A DNA stretch of 64,000 bases from an uncultured Dehalococcoidia bacterium (GTDB lineage: Bacteria > Chloroflexota > Dehalococcoidia > Lucifugimonadales > GCA-2712585). The notes beneath the pieces are model-generated. The model saw only the letters and a program-made list of their open reading frames with translations. It was not told where the DNA came from and did no database searches. This document shows positions 38,504-47,825 of the stretch, piece after piece. The stretch spans positions 2,203,141 through 2,267,140 of the forward strand of contig OX638324.1 in NCBI GenBank assembly GCA_951812825.1. Reading direction: 5' to 3'. Position 1 is the stretch's first letter. The number at the start of each line of letters is the position of its first letter. Made by a program: the position numbers and the translations under genes.

Positions 38504-40137
38504 TGGCTTTGCCAGCGCTGTCTAACGATGATGAGAGCCATGGGCACTGATGATACCAGTATAAGCGCAAGAGCGTGGGCCGCTGCCTCCGCAAAGAACG
38601 CTTCCGAAGAAGCAGACCATACCGAGGTGGCCAGGGTCTTGAATCCCGCCGGGCCCAGGATTAGCGTCGCGGGAAGTTCCTTCATTATCAGCAGGAAAGT
38701 TAGGCTCCCCCCGGCGATCAGTCCGGGCCGCATGAGGGGCAGATCTATGGTGCTAATGACGGCCAGCGGGCCTCTGCCCAGGCTGCGACCCGCTTCTTCC
38801 CATCGGGGACTGATCTGGAGCAGCGAGGTGCGTAGAGCGCCCACTCCCGCTGGAAGGAAGAGGACGAGGTAGGCGAAGACCAGCAGGGCCGTCGTCTGGT
38901 AGAGGACGGGGGCGAACTGGGAGCCGAAATAGACCAGGGAAAGGGCCACGGCGATGCCCGGAAGGGCGAAGCCGACGTGGGAGGCCCGTTCCAGCAGTGC
39001 GCTGGCCCGGCTGGGAAAACGGATGGAGAGGAGGGCCACAGGGAGGGACGCGGCCAGGACAACAAGGACGGCAACGGCGGAGACGATTACGGAGTTTGCA
39101 GTCGCACTCCAAAGGTCGGGCACGGACTCGCCGGCGGAGATGCCCCGGGCAACCCACCAGCCCAGGACGGACATGGGCAGCACAAGGGCGAATAGAACGA
39201 TGCCGCCGCAGAATGCCAGGGCGGGTAGCCGCCAGTGGCCGAGGGGAAGGGGTTTGGCCGGTCGGGCGGCGCCGGAGGAGCTTCTATGATAGGCGGCCTG
39301 GGTGCGGGTTCGCGACTCCGCCAGAAGGATGCCGGCGGCGAAGAGAGCCAGCACCAGGCATAGGCCCGCCGCCAGGATCCTGTCCAGGGACGAGTTGTAC
39401 TGGAGGTAGATGGCCCAGGTGAAGGTCTCGTAGCGCATGAGAGATACAGCGCCGAAGTCGCTCAGGGTATATAGAGCCGCGAGCAGGGCGCCGGAGGCGA
39501 TGGCGGGTCGTAGGAGGGGAAGGGTGATCCGTCGGAAGGTGCTCCAGGCGGAATGGCCCAGACTGCGGGAGGCTTCCTCCAGGGATGGGTCCATCCGGGT
39601 AAGGGCGGCCTGGGCTGGAAGAAGCACGTAAGGGAAGCTGAGCAGGGTCAGGGTGAGCAGGGCTCCGGGGAAGCCGTATATCTCCGGCAGACGTTCGATT
39701 CCGAAGGGGCCCTCCAGCGCACGTTGGAGCATGCCCCTGGGGCCAAGGGCCACTATTACCAGGAACGCCCCGATGTAGCTGGGGATTACAAGGGGCAGCG
39801 CCGTCAGGATGGCCCAGACTCTTCGAAAGGGCAGGTCCGTTCGGGTGATTAGCCATGCCAGGGGGACGGCAATGAGGATGCAGGCCCCGGTGACCGCAGC
39901 CACCAGCAGGGCCGAGCGGATGACTATCTGAAGTGTGCGAAGCCTGAAGAGCAGTTCCCAGAACTCCGCGCCCGCCCCGACTCCCCGGATGAACAGGTAG
40001 ACCAGTGGAAGGGCGATGGCGACGGCCACCACGGCGGCGGCGCCCAGCAGGACCGGGTGGGGACCCGCTCGGCGAGATGCCCGGGGGCGGGTTAAACCGC
40101 TTTTGCGGCCCGCCCCGGATTCATTAGCGGACGCCAT
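38500..40137 (-). CDS. Iron(III) ABC transporter permease (duplicated BPD-type TMD, FbpB-like)
   Basis: 545 aa, two tandem permease modules each with an EAA-like loop (LEEASRSLG, WEEAGRSLG). Confidence 0.9.
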   Translation of the reverse strand: MASANESGAGRKSGLTRPRASRRAGPHPVLLGAAAVVAVAIALPLVYLFIRGVGAGAEFWELLFRLRTLQIVIRSALLVAAVTGACILIAVPLAWLITRTDLPFRRVWAILTALPLVIPSYIGAFLVIVALGPRGMLQRALEGPFGIERLPEIYGFPGALLTLTLLSFPYVLLPAQAALTRMDPSLEEASRSLGHSAWSTFRRITLPLLRPAIASGALLAALYTLSDFGAVSLMRYETFTWAIYLQYNSSLDRILAAGLCLVLALFAAGILLAESRTRTQAAYHRSSSGAARPAKPLPLGHWRLPALAFCGGIVLFALVLPMSVLGWWVARGISAGESVPDLWSATANSVIVSAVAVLVVLAASLPVALLSIRFPSRASALLERASHVGFALPGIAVALSLVYFGSQFAPVLYQTTALLVFAYLVLFLPAGVGALRTSLLQISPRWEEAGRSLGRGPLAVISTIDLPLMRPGLIAGGSLTFLLIMKELPATLILGPAGFKTLATSVWSASSEAFFAEAAAHALALILVSSVPMALIIVRQRWQSQ

Positions 40138-40199
40138 GACGAAGGATCAAAGCTACGGCCTCTAGCTAGCGTGGATTTGGCGGATTATATCATGCAGTT

Positions 40200-40231
40200 G
40201 GTTGCGAGCCGTTCGCGAACGGCTCGCAACC
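40200..40231. repeat. Perfect 32-bp palindrome in the spacer between the binding-protein and permease genes
   Basis: GGTTGCGAGCCGTTCGCGAACGGCTCGCAACC equals its own reverse complement. Confidence 0.95.
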
Positions 40232-40349
40232 TTCGGCTCTTGCAAAGGCGTTTCCAAATGACCTCCGTAATCCAGGGTAAAAGTGCCCCTGCGGGGAAAG
40301 GGCGGTGATGGGCAATCCCCGCAGGGGCTTTCGGTGTTGTCTCAACGGA

Positions 40350-41435
40350 TCAGGGAAGGATGCCCACGCTTCTCAGCATCTCCTGGGTCCCCTTCAGGTC
40401 GGCCAGGTCTCCCATCCTCACGGAGGGGTTGTTAATCTCCGAGAGGGGCGTCAGCAGCCGGTTGACGTTCACGCCCTCCACCAGCGGGTACTCGTAGGTC
40501 TGACCGGCAAAGTATTGCTGGGCAACAGGCGAAAGCAGGAAGTCGAGGAACTTGGCGGCGTTTTCGGAATTGTCCGACGCAGAGAGGATGCCCGCGCCCG
40601 CAACCATAATCAGGGAGCCCGGCCCGCCCGCCGTGAGATGGTGGTTTCGGGCGGCGAAATCTTCGCCCTCTTCGGCGAGGAAGCGGTACAGGTAGTAGTG
40701 GTTGACGAATCCCACGTCAATCTCGCCGGCGCCGGCGGCTGCCACGGTGGGGGTGTTCTTTTCATACACCTTGGGTTCGTTGGCCTGGATTCCCTCCAAC
40801 CACAGGCGGGTGCGCTCGTCACCCCAAAGCTGGCGCATGGCCGTAACCATGGTCTGAAAGGAGGCGTTGGTGGGAGGCCAGCCAATGCGCCCCTTCCACG
40901 CGGGGTCGGTGAATCCCCACATGTCAGTGGGAATATCATCGGGCGAGATGTTGTCAGTGCTGTAGACAACCACCCTGGCCCGGCCGGAAATGCCGACCCA
41001 GCGGCCCTCCGCAGAACGCGCCCAGGCCGGCGCCTTGTCCAGGGTGTCCCGGGGGATGATCTGAAGCATATCCTCGATGGCTCCGAGTCCGCCGGGGTCC
41101 TGGGCAAAGAAAACGTCTGCCGGGGTGTTGTCGCCCTCCTCGGCCAGGGTTGCGGCCATCTGGGAGGTGCTGGCGTACTTGACGCTGACGTCGATGCCGG
41201 TGGCGTTTGAGAACTGCTCGATAATGGGACCGACGAGGGACTCGCTGCGGCCTGAGTAGATGGTCAACGATTTCGCTTCATCATCACCGTCGCCGTCGCA
41301 CGCAGCGATAATTCCCACAAGCAGGGGCATTAGCAGGACGAAAAACAAGGCCGCCCGGACGGGAACTTTTCGACACCGGGAGATTAGTCGTGCAGGGCCA
41401 TTATTTCCGTAAAGGTTCTTCCGGGTCATGGGCAT
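40350..41435 (-). CDS. Fe(III)-type ABC transporter substrate-binding lipoprotein (FbpA/AfuA-like)
   Basis: Signal peptide with lipobox IIAAC and a periplasmic-binding-protein family 1 pattern. It is the first gene of an SBP-permease-ATPase operon. The start may be the second ATG (41429). Confidence 0.85.
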   Translation of the reverse strand: MPMTRKNLYGNNGPARLISRCRKVPVRAALFFVLLMPLLVGIIAACDGDGDDEAKSLTIYSGRSESLVGPIIEQFSNATGIDVSVKYASTSQMAATLAEEGDNTPADVFFAQDPGGLGAIEDMLQIIPRDTLDKAPAWARSAEGRWVGISGRARVVVYSTDNISPDDIPTDMWGFTDPAWKGRIGWPPTNASFQTMVTAMRQLWGDERTRLWLEGIQANEPKVYEKNTPTVAAAGAGEIDVGFVNHYYLYRFLAEEGEDFAARNHHLTAGGPGSLIMVAGAGILSASDNSENAAKFLDFLLSPVAQQYFAGQTYEYPLVEGVNVNRLLTPLSEINNPSVRMGDLADLKGTQEMLRSVGILP

Positions 41436-41511
41436 CCTCTCCTCAAACTAATAACTAGGGTTGCGTTAAAGAATAGATTCCTGGATTCACCTATGTATGT
41501 ACAGACTCCTA

Positions 41512-41531
41512 TTAGAGTTAGTGTAGACTAA
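41512..41531. promoter_or_regulatory. Candidate DtxR/IdeR-type iron box downstream of the transporter promoter
   Basis: The minus strand reads TTAGTCTACACTAACTCTAA. It matches about 12/19 positions ungapped (more with one indel) of the IdeR consensus TTAGGTTAGGCTAACCTAA. It lies 11-30 nt downstream of the -10 element. Confidence 0.35.
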
Positions 41532-41541
41532 TTTGCATTCT

Positions 41542-41570
41542 TATATACATTAACCGTTATCGTCTGTCAA
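41542..41570 (-). promoter_or_regulatory. Sigma-70-type promoter of the iron ABC operon
   Basis: The minus strand reads TTGACA-N17-TATATA. Confidence 0.5.
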
Positions 41571-41743
41571 TACCCTCTTTGGTGGAACTTAGTTCGTCTT
41601 CCGTGTGACTTTGGCTGTTTCGGGGAGGGTGCGCAGCCCAGGCGTATTCCTTGCATCGGCAGAACCTTCCTTGACGCTGTTTTGGGGCGGTGCTAGATTC
41701 TTTCTTGGCTTCAACCAGCACTCTACTAGACGAAAGCGTCCCT

Positions 41744-42706
41744 ATGCATCCACTTGCAGAACAGATTCACAGGGGAAACAAGCGCGCCCTTTCCAGGGCC
41801 ATTTCCCTCTTGGAGCGGGATAATCCCCTTGCGGCTCAGATTATGGCCCAGCTGCACCCCCACACGGGCAATGGTTATACCGTGGGCATAACTGGACCGC
41901 CGGGAGCGGGCAAAAGCACCCTCATAGCTCGGCTTACGCAGAAATATCGTGGTCATGGCTGTTCCGTAGGAATCCTGGCCGTGGACCCTTCCAGTCCCTA
42001 TTCAGGCGGTGCGTTGCTGGGAGACCGCATCCGCATGGAGGGTCACTACCTGGATGCGGGGGTGTTCATCCGCAGCATGTCCACCCGCGGCGCCCACGGT
42101 GGCGTGCCCAGAATGGTGAAGGGCGTGGTTCGTCTGCTGGAGGCGTCCGGGAAGGATGTGGCGCTGGTGGAAACGGTGGGTGTGGGTCAGACGGAGCTGG
42201 ACGTGATGGGGGTCGCGGACACGGTGGTGGTGGCGCTGGTGCCGGAGGCGGGAGACGCCGTTCAAACCCTCAAGGCGGGGCTGATGGAGATTGCCGACGT
42301 ATTCGTCGTCAACAAGGCGGACCGGCCCGGCGCGCAACAGATGACCGCCAACGTCCGCTCCCTCTTGTCAATGTCGCCAACCGACGTTGTTTGGAAGACG
42401 CCGGTGATTGAGACCCAGGCAGTGAACGGCGTGGGAATCGAGGAACTGGCAGATGCGATTGAGGAACACCGGAACTTCCTGTCGGAATCGGGCGCACTGG
42501 AGGAGAGGCGGCGGAAGCGACGCTCCGCGGAACTTTCGGAGATGCTCCGCGATAGGCTGGTCAGGAGGATAGAGCGGCAGATTGCCCGCAGTCCCGCCCT
42601 GCAATCGCTGGTGGATCGGGTAGAGGGGGGAGACATGGAGCCGCACGCGGCCGTTCTGGAGCTGCTGGGAAAGTTTGCGGTTGGGACAGACGGGGCGGAC
42701 TTCTAG
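41744..42706 (+). CDS. meaB: MeaB/ArgK-type G3E GTPase (methylmalonyl-CoA mutase-associated chaperone family)
   Basis: GITGPPGAGKSTL, LAVDPSSPYSGGALLGDRIRM, VETVGVGQ, NKADR. ATG 41744 is preferred over the ORF-track start at 41690. Confidence 0.85.
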   Translation: MHPLAEQIHRGNKRALSRAISLLERDNPLAAQIMAQLHPHTGNGYTVGITGPPGAGKSTLIARLTQKYRGHGCSVGILAVDPSSPYSGGALLGDRIRMEGHYLDAGVFIRSMSTRGAHGGVPRMVKGVVRLLEASGKDVALVETVGVGQTELDVMGVADTVVVALVPEAGDAVQTLKAGLMEIADVFVVNKADRPGAQQMTANVRSLLSMSPTDVVWKTPVIETQAVNGVGIEELADAIEEHRNFLSESGALEERRRKRRSAELSEMLRDRLVRRIERQIARSPALQSLVDRVEGGDMEPHAAVLELLGKFAVGTDGADF

Positions 42707-42725
42707 CGCAATCCTGAAAAGCATC

Positions 42726-42749
42726 GGGGGCGGCAGTAAAGCCGCCCCC
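42726..42749. terminator. Bidirectional terminator hairpin between convergent meaB and SPFH genes
   Basis: Perfect 9-bp stem GGGGGCGGC / GCCGCCCCC, loop AGTAAA. T-rich flanks are on both strands (AATTGATTTG on plus, GATGCTTTTC on minus). Confidence 0.6.
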
Positions 42750-42788
42750 AATTGATTTGCAAGCCTGTGTTTTGTCGCTGCCGGAAGG

Positions 42789-43658
42789 CTAAGAGGACTG
42801 GTCCTTACCGTTCCCCGATCCGCCTCCGCCCAGATTCAGGAAGGGCTGCAACATGGAGGTGAACTCCATGGGGAATATGAACTTGGTGGAGGCGCTGGAA
42901 CCCATCTCCTTGAGCACCTCGAAATACTGCAAGCTCATTGTTTTGTTGTCCACGTTGGAGGCTACCTGATAGATGCGGTCGAGGGCAGTGCTGAAACCCT
43001 CGGCGCGAAGAATAGCGGCCTCTCGGTCTCCCTCGGCTTCCAGAATCTCCGACTGGCGCCTGCCCTCGGACTCCAGGATTGCGGACCGCTTCTCGCCTTC
43101 GGCCCGGTTGATGGCGGCCTGCCTCTTGCCTTCGGACTCGGTAATGTCCGCCGTCTTGATGGCGGCGGCGGACTTCTCCCGCTCCATGGCGGCCTTGACG
43201 CCCGGCGGCGGGTCTATCTCGTTGATCTCCACCTGGCTAACCTTCACGCCCCAGCGTCCGGTTACCTCGTCCAACCGAATCTGCAGGGCGTCCCGCACCT
43301 TTTCCCTCTCCGCCAAGGCGGATGCCAGGGAGGTTGAGCCTATGACGGCCCTGAGGGTGGATAGGGCCAGGTTCACGACGGCGGCCTCGAAGTTCTGCAC
43401 GTTTAGCACGGCCGCTTCCGACTGCTCCTCCATCACCCGGTAGTAGATTACAAAGTCCATGTCTACAACCACGTTGTCGCTGGTAATGTACTTCTGGGTG
43501 GGTACCCGCTGCACGCGCTCGCGGAGGTCTACCTTTCTCCCGTCTTCCATGAAGGGCACCACGAAGCGGAGGCCGGGCTGCGAAACCCGTTCCAGGCGTC
43601 CCCATCTGAGCACAACCATCTTCTCGAACTGTCTTACAACCGTTAGTCCAAAGGGCAT
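42789..43658 (-). CDS. SPFH/Band-7 (stomatin/slipin-like) protein
   Basis: VVRQFEKMVVLRWGRL...PGLRFVVPF..., followed by an Ala/Glu-rich coiled coil. The start at ATG 43658 follows GGGAGG. Confidence 0.9.
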   Translation of the reverse strand: MPFGLTVVRQFEKMVVLRWGRLERVSQPGLRFVVPFMEDGRKVDLRERVQRVPTQKYITSDNVVVDMDFVIYYRVMEEQSEAAVLNVQNFEAAVVNLALSTLRAVIGSTSLASALAEREKVRDALQIRLDEVTGRWGVKVSQVEINEIDPPPGVKAAMEREKSAAAIKTADITESEGKRQAAINRAEGEKRSAILESEGRRQSEILEAEGDREAAILRAEGFSTALDRIYQVASNVDNKTMSLQYFEVLKEMGSSASTKFIFPMEFTSMLQPFLNLGGGGSGNGKDQSS

Positions 43659-43668
43659 GTCGTCCTCC

Positions 43669-45054
43669 CTATTCTTTCCGTTCACATGATGAGGAAGGGT
43701 CTTCCGTATCCTCGATGGGGGAAACTCTCAGGACTGCGCCTTCAACGGCGACCACCCGAACCCTTCCACCCACTGGAATCATTGTCCCATAGTTGCAGTA
43801 GGCTGTCCATATTTCCGTATTGACGTGCACAGTTCCCCTGGGTTCCAACGCCGACGTGACCACCGCCTCGGAGCCGACAATGGGTGAGAGGTCCAGCACC
43901 TTTTCCATCTTGTGTTGTCGTACTATGGTCGTAATCACCCAGACGCCGATGATGGAAACTACGGCAACGGTCGGCCACAAGACCCAGGGGCTGACCCCCA
44001 GGGAAGGCGCCGTTGGCGACGGCGCGCCGAAATGCGCAAACAGGAGCAGACCTCCAAGGATGAAGCTGATGATGCCCCCGATGCCCAAAACGCCAAAGCC
44101 GGATACGAATATCTCCAGGCCAATCAGCGCCAAGCCGACGAGGATTAGGGCCACACCTCCCCAATTGACGGGGAGATTCCCCAGACTGATGAAGGCCAGG
44201 ACCAGGAACACCACGCCGGTCAGCCCCGGAATGACCAGGCCGGGACTCCAGAGCTCTACGACCAGTCCCAGTCCCCCAAGGCTGAGGAGGATGAAGGAGA
44301 TGTTGGGGTCCGCCAGAATGAAGAGCACGCGGTTGATCAGTCCCATGTTGAGGCGCTCAACCTGGGCGTTTGCCGTTGTGAGGGTACGTGTCTCTTCGCC
44401 GACGTTTACGGTCATACCGTCCAACTGGATGAGCAGATCATCCAGATCGTTGGCGAGGAAGTCCACCACGTTGAGGTTGACGGCTTCTTCGGCGGAGAAG
44501 GACATCGCGAGAATAACGGTGTTTTCCAATTGTTGTATGTTGCGACCCCGCTGGGTGGCAATGGCCCGAATATCAGCGGCGGCGGCGTTCGTCGCCTTGT
44601 CCGCCAGGGTATCCGGCAGGTCTTCGCCCCCGCTGCCCACGGGCGTGGCTGCGCCAATGCTGGTGCCCGGCGCCATGACGGCCACGTGGGCCGCCGCGGT
44701 GATGAAGGTGCCCGCCGAGGCCGCCTGCGCCCCCGCGGGTGAAACGTAGACCACTGTGGGCACGGTGGCGTTGAGGAGGGACTCGTAGATCTCGCGGGTG
44801 GATGAGAGAAGGCCGCCCGGGGTGTTGAGCAGGATGATTACCACTTCGGCAGCTTCATCCTCGCCCTTTTCCACCGTGCGGGAAATGTACCGCTGGGAGA
44901 TGGGGTTGATGATGCCGTCCACATCGGCCACCAGGGCAGTGGGGCCTTCCCGTTCCTGGGCGAGGGCAAGTCCGGCCAGGCCCAGGAGAAATGAGGTTAC
45001 GAAGACGAGGAGGAACAGGAATCTTGCGAGTTTCCAAGGGCGGGTCTTCGGCAT
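43669..45054 (-). CDS. NfeD-family membrane-bound ClpP-class serine protease
   Basis: N-terminal ClpP/SppA-like protease domain, a central block of TM helices and a C-terminal OB-fold NfeD domain. Located upstream of the SPFH gene (classical pair). ATG 45054 follows GGGAGGG. Confidence 0.85.
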   Translation of the reverse strand: MPKTRPWKLARFLFLLVFVTSFLLGLAGLALAQEREGPTALVADVDGIINPISQRYISRTVEKGEDEAAEVVIILLNTPGGLLSSTREIYESLLNATVPTVVYVSPAGAQAASAGTFITAAAHVAVMAPGTSIGAATPVGSGGEDLPDTLADKATNAAAADIRAIATQRGRNIQQLENTVILAMSFSAEEAVNLNVVDFLANDLDDLLIQLDGMTVNVGEETRTLTTANAQVERLNMGLINRVLFILADPNISFILLSLGGLGLVVELWSPGLVIPGLTGVVFLVLAFISLGNLPVNWGGVALILVGLALIGLEIFVSGFGVLGIGGIISFILGGLLLFAHFGAPSPTAPSLGVSPWVLWPTVAVVSIIGVWVITTIVRQHKMEKVLDLSPIVGSEAVVTSALEPRGTVHVNTEIWTAYCNYGTMIPVGGRVRVVAVEGAVLRVSPIEDTEDPSSSCERKE

Positions 45055-45206
45055 TGTGCACCCTCCCAAGTCTTCAGCAATGAATGGCGGACGAAGTTTT
45101 TCTTGTCCCTCAAGTCAATGATGCTGGGAGAGGGGGATTGTGTCAACAGGATATATTCGCCCCTGCTGCGGAGTGTGCGGTTGAGGCCCCTCCGCAGGCC
45201 CATTCG

Positions 45207-45235
45207 TTGACAGGAAATGCGGCCCCACTTAGACT
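45207..45235 (+). promoter_or_regulatory. Candidate promoter of glyA
   Basis: TTGACA-N17-TAGACT, 37 nt upstream of ATG 45272. Confidence 0.45.
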
Positions 45236-45271
45236 AACGGTCACATTTGCGAGCGCCGGAGAAGGGGCAAA

Positions 45272-46516
45272 ATGACGGCAGTTCGAAAAGTTGATGCAGC
45301 GGTAGCCGACATAATCGAGCGGGAGAATCGGCGCCAGCGGACGAACATCGTCCTGATTGCGTCGGAAAACTACGCCAGCCGCGCAGTCCTGGAAGCCCAG
45401 GCAAACCTGATGAGCAACAAGTACGCCGAGGGCTACCCCGGCCGCCGCTACTATGCCGGTTGCAGCTTCGTCGACGAGGTCGAAGAGCTGGCCAGGGCGC
45501 GCGCCAAGGCGCTGTTCGGCGCGGAGCACGCCAACGTGCAGCCCCACAGCGGCGCCCAGGCAAACATGGCCGTCTACTTTGCGCTGCTCCAGCCCGGCGA
45601 CACGGTCATGGGGCTGCGCCTCGACCAGGGCGGACACCTCACCCATGGCAGCCCGGTAAACTTCTCCGGCAAGCTCTACAACTTCTTGGGGTATGAGCTG
45701 GACAGGGAGACGGAGACCATCGACTACGATGCGGTGGAGCGAATGGCCAAGGAGCACCGGCCAAAGCTGATTGTGGCGGGCTACACGGCATACCCGCGTA
45801 CCATCGACTTTTCAAGGTTTCGGGAGATAGCTGACATGGTGGGTGCTCGGCTGATGGTGGACATGGCCCACGTATCCGGGCTGATTGCCGGTGGGGCCTA
45901 TCCTTCTCCGTTCCCCTACGCTCACGTGGTAACTTCCACCACCCAGAAGACCCTCCGGGGCCCCCGTGGCGGCATCATTCTCTGCGAGTCTAAACTCGCT
46001 CGAAGGATTGACCGGGCGGTGTTTCCCCACACCCAGGGCGGTCCCTTCATGCATGTCATCGCCGCAAAGGCCGTGTGCTTTGGAGAGGCGATGAAGCCGG
46101 AATTTCGCGAATATGCCCGTGCAGTGGTGGAGAATTCCCGGACCATGGCGGCAACGCTGGCTGAAGAAGGGCTTCGAATCGTGTCGGACGGCACGGACAA
46201 TCATCTTTGCCTGGTGGACCTGCGCCCGCTGGGAGTGAAGGGCAACGAAGGGGAAGAAGTGCTGGAGCGGGCGTCCATTATCACCAACAAGAACGAGATT
46301 CCCAACGACCCGGAGCCGCCACGCGTGACCAGCGGTCTCCGAATCGGTTCCGCCGCCGTTACCACTCGTGGTTTCGGTACGGAGGAGATGGAGCAGACGG
46401 CGCGGATGATAGTCCGCGCTCTGGCCGCCAGGGACGATGAAGCAGCGATTGACTCCATACGGGAGGAAGCGGAGGCGTTGGCGGGAGGCTTTCCGGTGCC
46501 AGGCATCGACGACTAA
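45272..46516 (+). CDS. glyA: Serine hydroxymethyltransferase
   Basis: [18 protein letters not shown], and [14 protein letters not shown] (PLP lysine motif). Confidence 0.95.
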   Translation: MTAVRKVDAAVADIIERENRRQRTNIVLIASENYASRAVLEAQANLMSNKYAEGYPGRRYYAGCSFVDEVEELARARAKALFGAEHANVQPHSGAQANMAVYFALLQPGDTVMGLRLDQGGHLTHGSPVNFSGKLYNFLGYELDRETETIDYDAVERMAKEHRPKLIVAGYTAYPRTIDFSRFREIADMVGARLMVDMAHVSGLIAGGAYPSPFPYAHVVTSTTQKTLRGPRGGIILCESKLARRIDRAVFPHTQGGPFMHVIAAKAVCFGEAMKPEFREYARAVVENSRTMAATLAEEGLRIVSDGTDNHLCLVDLRPLGVKGNEGEEVLERASIITNKNEIPNDPEPPRVTSGLRIGSAAVTTRGFGTEEMEQTARMIVRALAARDDEAAIDSIREEAEALAGGFPVPGIDD

Positions 46517-46521
46517 CCCTG

Positions 46522-46550
46522 TTGAGTACATAGGGCAAAAATGCTATAAT
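46522..46550 (+). promoter_or_regulatory. Promoter of rpsF-ssb-rpsR (extended -10)
   Basis: TTGAGT-N17-TATAAT with TG at -15/-14 (aTGcTATAAT). RBS AGGAGG at 46565-46570 precedes TTG 46576. Confidence 0.55.
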
Positions 46551-46575
46551 CACCGCCGACTTCTAGGAGGGTGCA

Positions 46576-46956
46576 TTGAAACAGGACTATGAGCTGATGC
46601 TGGTGTTGAATCCCGCCCTTAGCCGGGAGGAGGACTCCTCTGCCCGAGAGCGGGTTCGGGAGTTGATTACCACTAACGGGGGCACCATCGCCAAGGAAGA
46701 CGCGTGGGGAACCCGTCGCCTGGCCTACACCATCAAGAAGGCGGGACAAGACTATATGGAGGGCGTCTACTACCTATACCGGTTCGACCTTGACCCGGAC
46801 CAGGTGAACGCCATCCAGCGTCCTCTTCTGCTTTCCGAGCAGGTGTTGAGGCACATGGTCGTGCGAACTGAGACGCCCATAAAGGTTGAGGAGAAGGAAG
46901 CCCCGAAAGCTGAAGAAGAGTCGAGTCCCGCACCGGGAAGCCCCCTGCCGGGGTAG
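46576..46956 (+). CDS. rpsF: 30S ribosomal protein S6
   Basis: YELMLVLNP...WGTRRLAYTIKK...G.YYLYRF pattern. TTG start. Confidence 0.9.
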   Translation: MKQDYELMLVLNPALSREEDSSARERVRELITTNGGTIAKEDAWGTRRLAYTIKKAGQDYMEGVYYLYRFDLDPDQVNAIQRPLLLSEQVLRHMVVRTETPIKVEEKEAPKAEEESSPAPGSPLPG

Positions 46957-46989
46957 TTTTGGGGAGTTAGAGAGGAGGAGCAGGAGAGC

Positions 46990-47415
46990 ATGGTACGCGG
47001 CCTGAGCAAAATAACTATAATCGGCAACGTTGGTAGAGATCCGGAAATGCGCTATACCCCCAATGGGAATGCAGTCACGGAGTTCTCTGTTGCCGTAAAC
47101 CGGCGTTCCCGAAGTCGGGACGGCGAATGGCAGGATGAGACCAACTGGTTCCGGGTTTCGGCCTGGGGTCGCTTGGGTGAAAACGTTAACCAATATCTCA
47201 CCAAGGGAAGCCCCGTATGTGTCGAAGGCCGCTTTTGGGTAAGGCAATGGACATCCCCGGACGGACGGGAAGGGTCAACAAATGAGATTAACGCCAATGA
47301 CGTTGTCTTCCTATCCGGGCGAGATACGGACGGGGGCAGCGGCTTTGGCGGAGACCGGCCTCGGGACGACTTCGGTGGCGGCGGAGACATGGACCCGGAC
47401 GACCTGCCCTTCTAG
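46990..47415 (+). CDS. ssb: Single-stranded DNA-binding protein
   Basis: OB-fold N-terminus (ITIIGNVGRDPEMRYTPNG), Gly-rich tail, acidic tip DPDDLPF. Confidence 0.9.
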   Translation: MVRGLSKITIIGNVGRDPEMRYTPNGNAVTEFSVAVNRRSRSRDGEWQDETNWFRVSAWGRLGENVNQYLTKGSPVCVEGRFWVRQWTSPDGREGSTNEINANDVVFLSGRDTDGGSGFGGDRPRDDFGGGGDMDPDDLPF

Positions 47416-47452
47416 CAGTGAAGCCGGCTTATATCAAGGAGACGATTAACAG

Positions 47453-47743
47453 ATGACCAGCAGACCCCCCTTTAGACCAGGCGGTAGACCGGGTGGCAGG
47501 CCAAGACGCCGCTACATTCCCAGACGGAAGGTGTGCGCCTTCTGCGTGGATAAGATCCAGTACATCGACTACAAGGACGTGGGCCGGTTGAGGAGATACC
47601 TTTCCGACAGGTTCAAGATCGACCCCCGCCGCAAGACGGGCAACTGCGCCCGGCACCAGCGCGCCCTCTCCCGGGCCATCAAGCGGGCGCGCATCGTCGC
47701 GCTCTTGCCCCTCAGCCCCGACCATGGCCGTGTAATGGCCTAG
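47453..47743 (+). CDS. rpsR: 30S ribosomal protein S18
   Basis: [47 protein letters not shown]. Confidence 0.9.
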   Translation: MTSRPPFRPGGRPGGRPRRRYIPRRKVCAFCVDKIQYIDYKDVGRLRRYLSDRFKIDPRRKTGNCARHQRALSRAIKRARIVALLPLSPDHGRVMA

Positions 47744-47825
47744 AAAACCTTTCTTGCCGCAGCAGCGTAATTCAAGCATCACCGGGCCCCTCTTCTTCTT
47801 TGGGCGGCCTTTGGGAGTTGCGTAG

